Source: Chrysomallon squamiferum
Lineage: Eukaryota > Animalia > Mollusca
Length of the DNA: 64,000 bases
NCBI GenBank assembly: GCA_012295275.1
Contig: CM022679.1
Location: forward strand, 30,628,001-30,692,000
Reading direction: 5' to 3'
The translations under genes and the position numbers were made by a program. Of this stretch, positions 57,771 through 64,000 are shown piece after piece; the first letter of the stretch is position 1, and the number at the start of each line of letters is the position of its first letter. The notes under the pieces were generated by a model, which made no database searches, was not told the DNA's origin, and saw only the letters and a program-made list of their open reading frames with translations.

Positions 57771-58265
57771 AGGCCAATAAAAATGAGTTTTACAAGATAG
57801 TGACGAAGACCATTTTGTGCGGCTGTAACTTCAGCGGAGTGGGTGCATATGTTATTTGTATTTCAGTTTATGTCGAGCATTTCGGAAAATAATTTTTTTT
57901 GTTTCTTGTCGTGGTGTACATTTCATTAAAAATTATTTATTAGTCATTTTGTGTTATGCCTTTCACAAAATTATGTTTATTTCATATGGTGTTCTGTGTT
58001 TCATAGAAATGAGTTATATATTTTCTTTTTTATTGTACATTTCAGAAGTTTATGTATTTTTCTTTCTTTTTTTTTTTGGTATGTTTCAGAGAACGATTTA
58101 TATTTCGTATTTCATTTTTTTTGTTTGTTTTTTCAGAGAAAATTTATAAAATTTTTTTTTTTTCTTTTATTTTTGCATATTTTTGATGTAAATTTCATAA
58201 AATATATTTTATTTATTTTACGTTAATATTTCACGTTATTTCTGTTTACATTTCTCGATAATAAT

Positions 58266-58350
58266 GAAATATCGTTCTATGAAATATAAATATATATTAT
58301 AAAATCTCTAGAGAAATATTGTTCTGTGAAATATAAATATATATTATAAA
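58266..58350 (+). repeat. 38-bp direct duplication (period 47)
   Basis: GAAATAT(C/T)GTTCT(A/G)TGAAATATAAATATATATTATAAA x2. Confidence 0.88.
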
Positions 58351-59146
58351 GAGAGAGAGAGAGAGAATTCAGTTTCCAGTTTTGCTTTCATTATAACATT
58401 ATCCCTTTCTATTTTATTATTTCAATAAATAACTAAACAAACAAACAAACAAAGCAAACAAATAAATCAATCAATAATAAAAAAATAATAAAAAAAATAA
58501 ATAAATAAATAAATAAATAACAAAAAAAAAAATGAAAATAAAAATAAATAAAAATAAATAATTTCATCTTTCAGTCGGGGCTTGGGGGGACAGTCTGCGA
58601 AAAGTGACGTGAATTACCACAGAGCAAAAAGTGCTTTGAGACGCCGACAAAGAAACAGTGCGTGTTAAAAACACATTAAACTAATTCGAGAGGCAATTAA
58701 AGCCTTGAACACGCCTTATGCGTTAATTTCAACGCTTGTGTCAATTTCGACATGCTCTGTTGCCATGTTCATTTCAGGCTTCTTAGGAGAAGTACACCGC
58801 ATTAGGCGTGACAGCGCGTTCAGTGGAATTTTATGGTTATGGGGTCATTCTGACTTCATCTGGCAATAGGAATCCTAGCAGACCATTAGTCTCTGGTTCG
58901 ACAGGTCATGAGGTCGAATCGTTTTAGGGAAGTGTGGGGGAAGGGAAATATGTTGTATGTTACATGTAGATAGTGAATATCAATACATATGTGTGTGTGT
59001 GTGTATGTGTACGTATGTATGTATGTTTGTATGTATGAATGTATGTGTGCATGTACACACACATACACACATACACCTTTAAGCCAAAAATCCTTTTGTT
59101 GACAATTATTTTTTCCTATTTTAAGAATTTAATATAACTGTGTGAG

Positions 59147-59177
<31 letters not shown>

Positions 59178-59296
59178 TTCATTCATTCATTCATTTAATC
59201 GTATATTTATTTATATATTTACTGTTTCTTTGTGTATATTTATATTAAGAGATAGGGAAAAATTATGAATAGAAAGAGAGAGTGAAAGACAATAAT

Positions 59297-59444
<148 letters not shown>

Positions 59445-59827
59445 ACAAAGTGACCAGAAAGTCAGATAAAAAGATAATTAATTTTTGTCAAATTATTTCA
59501 GTTGAAATATGATCTGACGTAGGAAAATATTAATTGTGTTGTTAAATAATTTGCTTGGTTCTCAGATCCTGTGGCTGTAATGATTATTAAGCATAATGAA
59601 AGCCATTACACTGCAGTAATTATTATTAATGAGTTACACTGTTCTTCGTTTATTGCCAGATGTGAGTACGTGTCGCGTAAAAGACTGTTAATAAGATAAT
59701 AAAAACTGTGATCTGTTCATTAAACTCTTAATACTTCTGTACCGATGCTGAGAGGAGAAAATTAAGTGTGTGTGAGTGAATCGCAAGGAGACAGAGAAAG
59801 AGGACACTGTAGAGAGATAAAGACAGA

Positions 59828-59908
59828 GAGGGATATAAAGTGTACAGCCACACTGAGAGATATAAAGTGTACAGACACACAGAGAGATATAAAGTGTACA
59901 GACACACA
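59828..59908 (+). repeat. 27-bp minisatellite x3
   Basis: GAGAGATATAAAGTGTACAGACACACA; two identical copies and one variant. Confidence 0.9.
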
Positions 59909-59992
59909 GACACACAGAGAGAAAGGAAGGGTACGACAGATACCATTAATTTCAGATACAAAGATTTAAACTGATGAGAGTGTTTATTATTT

Positions 59993-60039
<47 letters not shown>

Positions 60040-60058
60040 GTCTGTCTGTCTGTCTCTT

Positions 60059-60117
<59 letters not shown>

Positions 60118-60202
60118 CGCTCGCTTTCTAACTCTTCATACACTGATAGTCACTCATTTGTACGTGTGGATGTTTATGTTTGTGTGTGTCTGACTGTTGT
60201 TG

Positions 60203-60238
<36 letters not shown>

Positions 60239-61091
60239 TACTCTAATAAGTTTGAAAAAGAAAGAAAATAAAAGTAAAATTAAAAAAAAAAAAATGTTAT
60301 GTAACGACATCCAATTTACATTATGTCGAGATCTTAACAAAACAACACAGTTACAAAGAAACGTATTTATTTTACAAACAGACTGGCAAGATCTATACTC
60401 TTCCTCAACGTATCGAACACGTCTGCGCCACGACGACAACAAATTCAACGACGTAAAGACTGATTTACGTGTTTCCAATACGTATTTCCAAAATGTCATC
60501 TCTCTCAACTTCCGGTATTTGTCGGCGGTCGACAAACTTTCCATTTCCGATAAACAGAAAGTTAAAAAAGAATCGAAATAAATTGAAGATTTCTTTGAAC
60601 TGATTGTTCGCGTTGCCCAGTTGATTATTTCAAGATAATTGCGTACACAGTTTAATACGTTTTGCTATCGATGTCTTCAGTTCCGACGTTGGGGAAAACG
60701 GCGGTAACGCCATATTTACAGCTGCGGCCCAAAATGTTTCTCTGTTTCAGAGTTTCGTGATGCAAATCAACTTCTGAGGCATGCGTTGCTTAACGATTAG
60801 CGTTAATCAGGTAGAATTCTCAGGATTAGTCACACGTGTCAGTATTTTTGTGAATCTATATATCTGCTAAGTTACAGCGAGTTTAGAACAAACGTTGTGG
60901 ATGTTGATGTTGTCAGTGAGGTTGAGAATCGACAAACAAGTATGCTGCTTCCTTCGGGGTAGGATGATTTTTTTTTTTTTTTCTTATGCAGATTTTTTAA
61001 CTTTTCTCTCTCTCTATCTCTCACTCCGACTTTCTTTCGCTCCCAACCTGTCAGTATATCTATCTATCTATAACTGTGTCTCTTTGTTTTA

Positions 61092-61235
<144 letters not shown>

Positions 61236-62429
61236 CAAAGTCTGCCTCTCTGTTTGTTAATAATTACTGCTATTTCATTTTTTATTATTTTGTCTTAAAA
61301 GTCTTGACTTCATTTATATTTAAATTTGTTTTGTAAATTTATAATTTGCAGCAGAATTGTTGTTTTTTTGTTGTATTATTTTTATTTTTCTTAAATATGA
61401 ACAGTTAGTTATTTGGTTGTTATTTATGTTTTAATGTTTAATTATGTTTTCCATTTTATTCCATTAATTCCTTCTTTCGTTAAGCAAAACAATCAAAATC
61501 GCTTTTTTCAGTTAAAATAAAATGACATCAACAACTTTATAACAAAAACATCCACGAAAGTTTAATCACGTCTATACGTTACTGTTTGGAACAAAAGTTT
61601 GTAACGTTTTGACAAAATGAATACACACAAAAGATGCTAAAATCTGGGAGGATGATATCAGGACGTTGCCCCCCGAAGATGACGAAAGGTAGTGAAACAA
61701 AATGACACACAAACCACTGAATGGATCTGTGTACATATATCTGAATATTGTCTTTGAATTTCACTTAAAAACGTTATGGATTTTTGTTCCAACCCAATAA
61801 TTAACTAATTGTTTTACTCAAGTCAAAGACAATAAAATTATTGTTTTAGAAGTGTCGATCAAAAATCTGTTTAATTTCATTGCTCGCTGTCATATATTAT
61901 ATTAATACAAACACATCACGAGAAATAATTTCTTCAATTTTTTTTAAAATAAGTTTAAAAGTACAGTTTTACTCTTACACTATGCATTTTATACAGAAAT
62001 TATTTAATTTTATTTTTTTATATTTTTTTATTTTTTTTTTATTTTTTTATTTTTATTTTTATCTATAAATCATACAATGAAACGTAAGGACTCGTAAATT
62101 CATAAAGAGATTTTACAGCATTAGTTTTGAAAAGCGCATCATACCGAGTGTATAACCGTCAGAAATTTTGAAGTTTTTTTTTTTATTACGGAAAGATCAT
62201 CGACGCCAGCAACAACATCAACGGTTCTGAGGCGTCTGGTTTTACTGATGTTGCAGTGTAGCTTGCGGCCAACTTTTAGATATAATTATAAGTAACTCGT
62301 GTACTCTGCTGCTAATAACAGTTTACAAAACGAATTGCTGTTTAAAGTACATAACTTCTTTTTTTTTTTTTTACATTCCTGAGAACGACAGACTCAGACA
62401 GATAAAGATGGAAAGAAAAAGGAGAGACC

Positions 62430-62561
<132 letters not shown>

Positions 62562-62789
62562 GAGAGAGAGAGAGAGAGAGAAAAAAAAACGAGAGATGGC
62601 GAAAGAAAGAGAAAGAAATACCAACAGACAAAGAGTTTAAACACAGCTTATCCAGCCTGTATGTATGTGTGTATGTATATATATATATATATATGTATGT
62701 ATGAATGGATATATGTGTGTGTTTTTGTATATACTTATATGTCAATCATATTGTTTCTGCAGATACATGTTTGTTTGTTTGTTTTTTTT

Positions 62790-62827
<38 letters not shown>

Positions 62828-63531
62828 TCGTCATAAATACTATTTAACTGCATACCTAACCGTTATCAATCACTTTTTATTTTCATTTCTTTCTCCTCCC
62901 GTCTCCTTTATCACTTACAGAAATTATTTTATTACCAAGCGCGATAACCACTGGAATATATGATTTCTTTATATCACATAATTGCCTTTCTTTTTGAACA
63001 TTAGAAAAGTGTTTAGTTATCACTGGAATGTTGTAGACATCTTGTGGAATTTTTCTTTTAATCTTAGGGTTATAATATTTAGAGAGAATTTCAAGTCGAG
63101 ATATATATATATATATATATATATACATGGAGGGTTTTTGAAGTGGTTTAGGCAAACTGCGAATCGTACGAAAGACAAAGTCTTTGTTGGGTTTGAAACG
63201 TCAGGATGTACAGATATTATCAGGGGGTGTTCTTTACGTGACATAGAGGGTGTGTGTGGTTAAGTCACACGTAAATATAGAAAAAAATTTGTTATCGTTT
63301 TATTCTAAGGGCAAAATGTTGATAAAAGATTTCGCAAGATTTCGTAGTTTAAGTTTTCTGTTAATACAGTAGAAAAAAGTATTAGTGTCACCTCTCACTT
63401 TTTATCTTTGTTTCTCTCAGTCAGTTATTTTTATTATTTCTTTCATTAATATTGTCATTACTTCTGCTGCTTCTAGTACTAAAACTACTATTACTAGTAT
63501 TATAATAATAATAATAATATTAATAATTATA

Positions 63532-63600
<69 letters not shown>

Positions 63601-63668
63601 AAACCGCAGTAAAAAAAAAAAATATTATAATAAAATAAACAACACTAAAACCAGTAACAAAGAAAACA

Positions 63669-63700
<32 letters not shown>

Positions 63701-64000
63701 TTCCTTCCCACTTCCCTTTTAACTCTCTTTGTCTAACAACCTGATTACGTAGGTGGTACTTTTAACGTGCTGTTTTCTGATTATTCGTTAAATACATCAA
63801 GAACTTTCGAGATAATTTATTTTGCAAATAAAACATTTAAAATAATAAATATGAACAGCACACTTTCTTTTTTCTTTGCCTAAACAGCTGAAAGATTAAA
63901 GCAGAAAATTATCTCAGCGGTACAATATGTTAATTTTTGAGGTCTGATATATGGGTTCTTATTGTAAAGAGAGTTTGATAAACAATTTCGCGTGTATCAC

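Noticed and set aside
60295-60581. Non-repetitive ~95-codon ORF (MLCNDIQF...); likewise 16923-17159 and 25858-26103
   Set aside because: No recognisable family or convincing paired splice sites; this length is attainable by chance in the more GC-rich islands.

Overview
This is AT-rich animal (eukaryotic) genomic DNA, probably molluscan or another lophotrochozoan (inferred from MetaSINE-like remnants). It is saturated with microsatellites: (AG/CT)n, (AAT)n, (AC)n, (ATAC)n, (AGT)n and poly-A/T. The only recognisable protein-coding sequence is the first coding exon of an ADPRM-like gene (Mn-dependent ADP-ribose/CDP-alcohol diphosphatase, minus strand, 203-869), with a probable 5'UTR exon and a housekeeping-type promoter at about 1.8-1.95 kb. 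The remaining ~62 kb has no recognisable CDS, and nearly all other listed ORFs are microsatellite artefacts. It consists of 0.2-0.6 kb CpG-containing unique islands alternating with simple-repeat spacers. The islands carry degenerate SINE and Tc1/mariner remnants, old minisatellites (28, 36-37 and ~60 bp units), clustered transcription-factor motifs, a second promoter-like element (~32.6-32.9 kb), a few orphan exon candidates and several fold-back hairpins (best at 57663-57770 and 2688-2750). I could not establish a novel system from sequence alone. The best leads are the structured-RNA hairpins, the orphan promoter and exons, and exons or islands bracketed by complementary (CT)n/(AG)n tracts.
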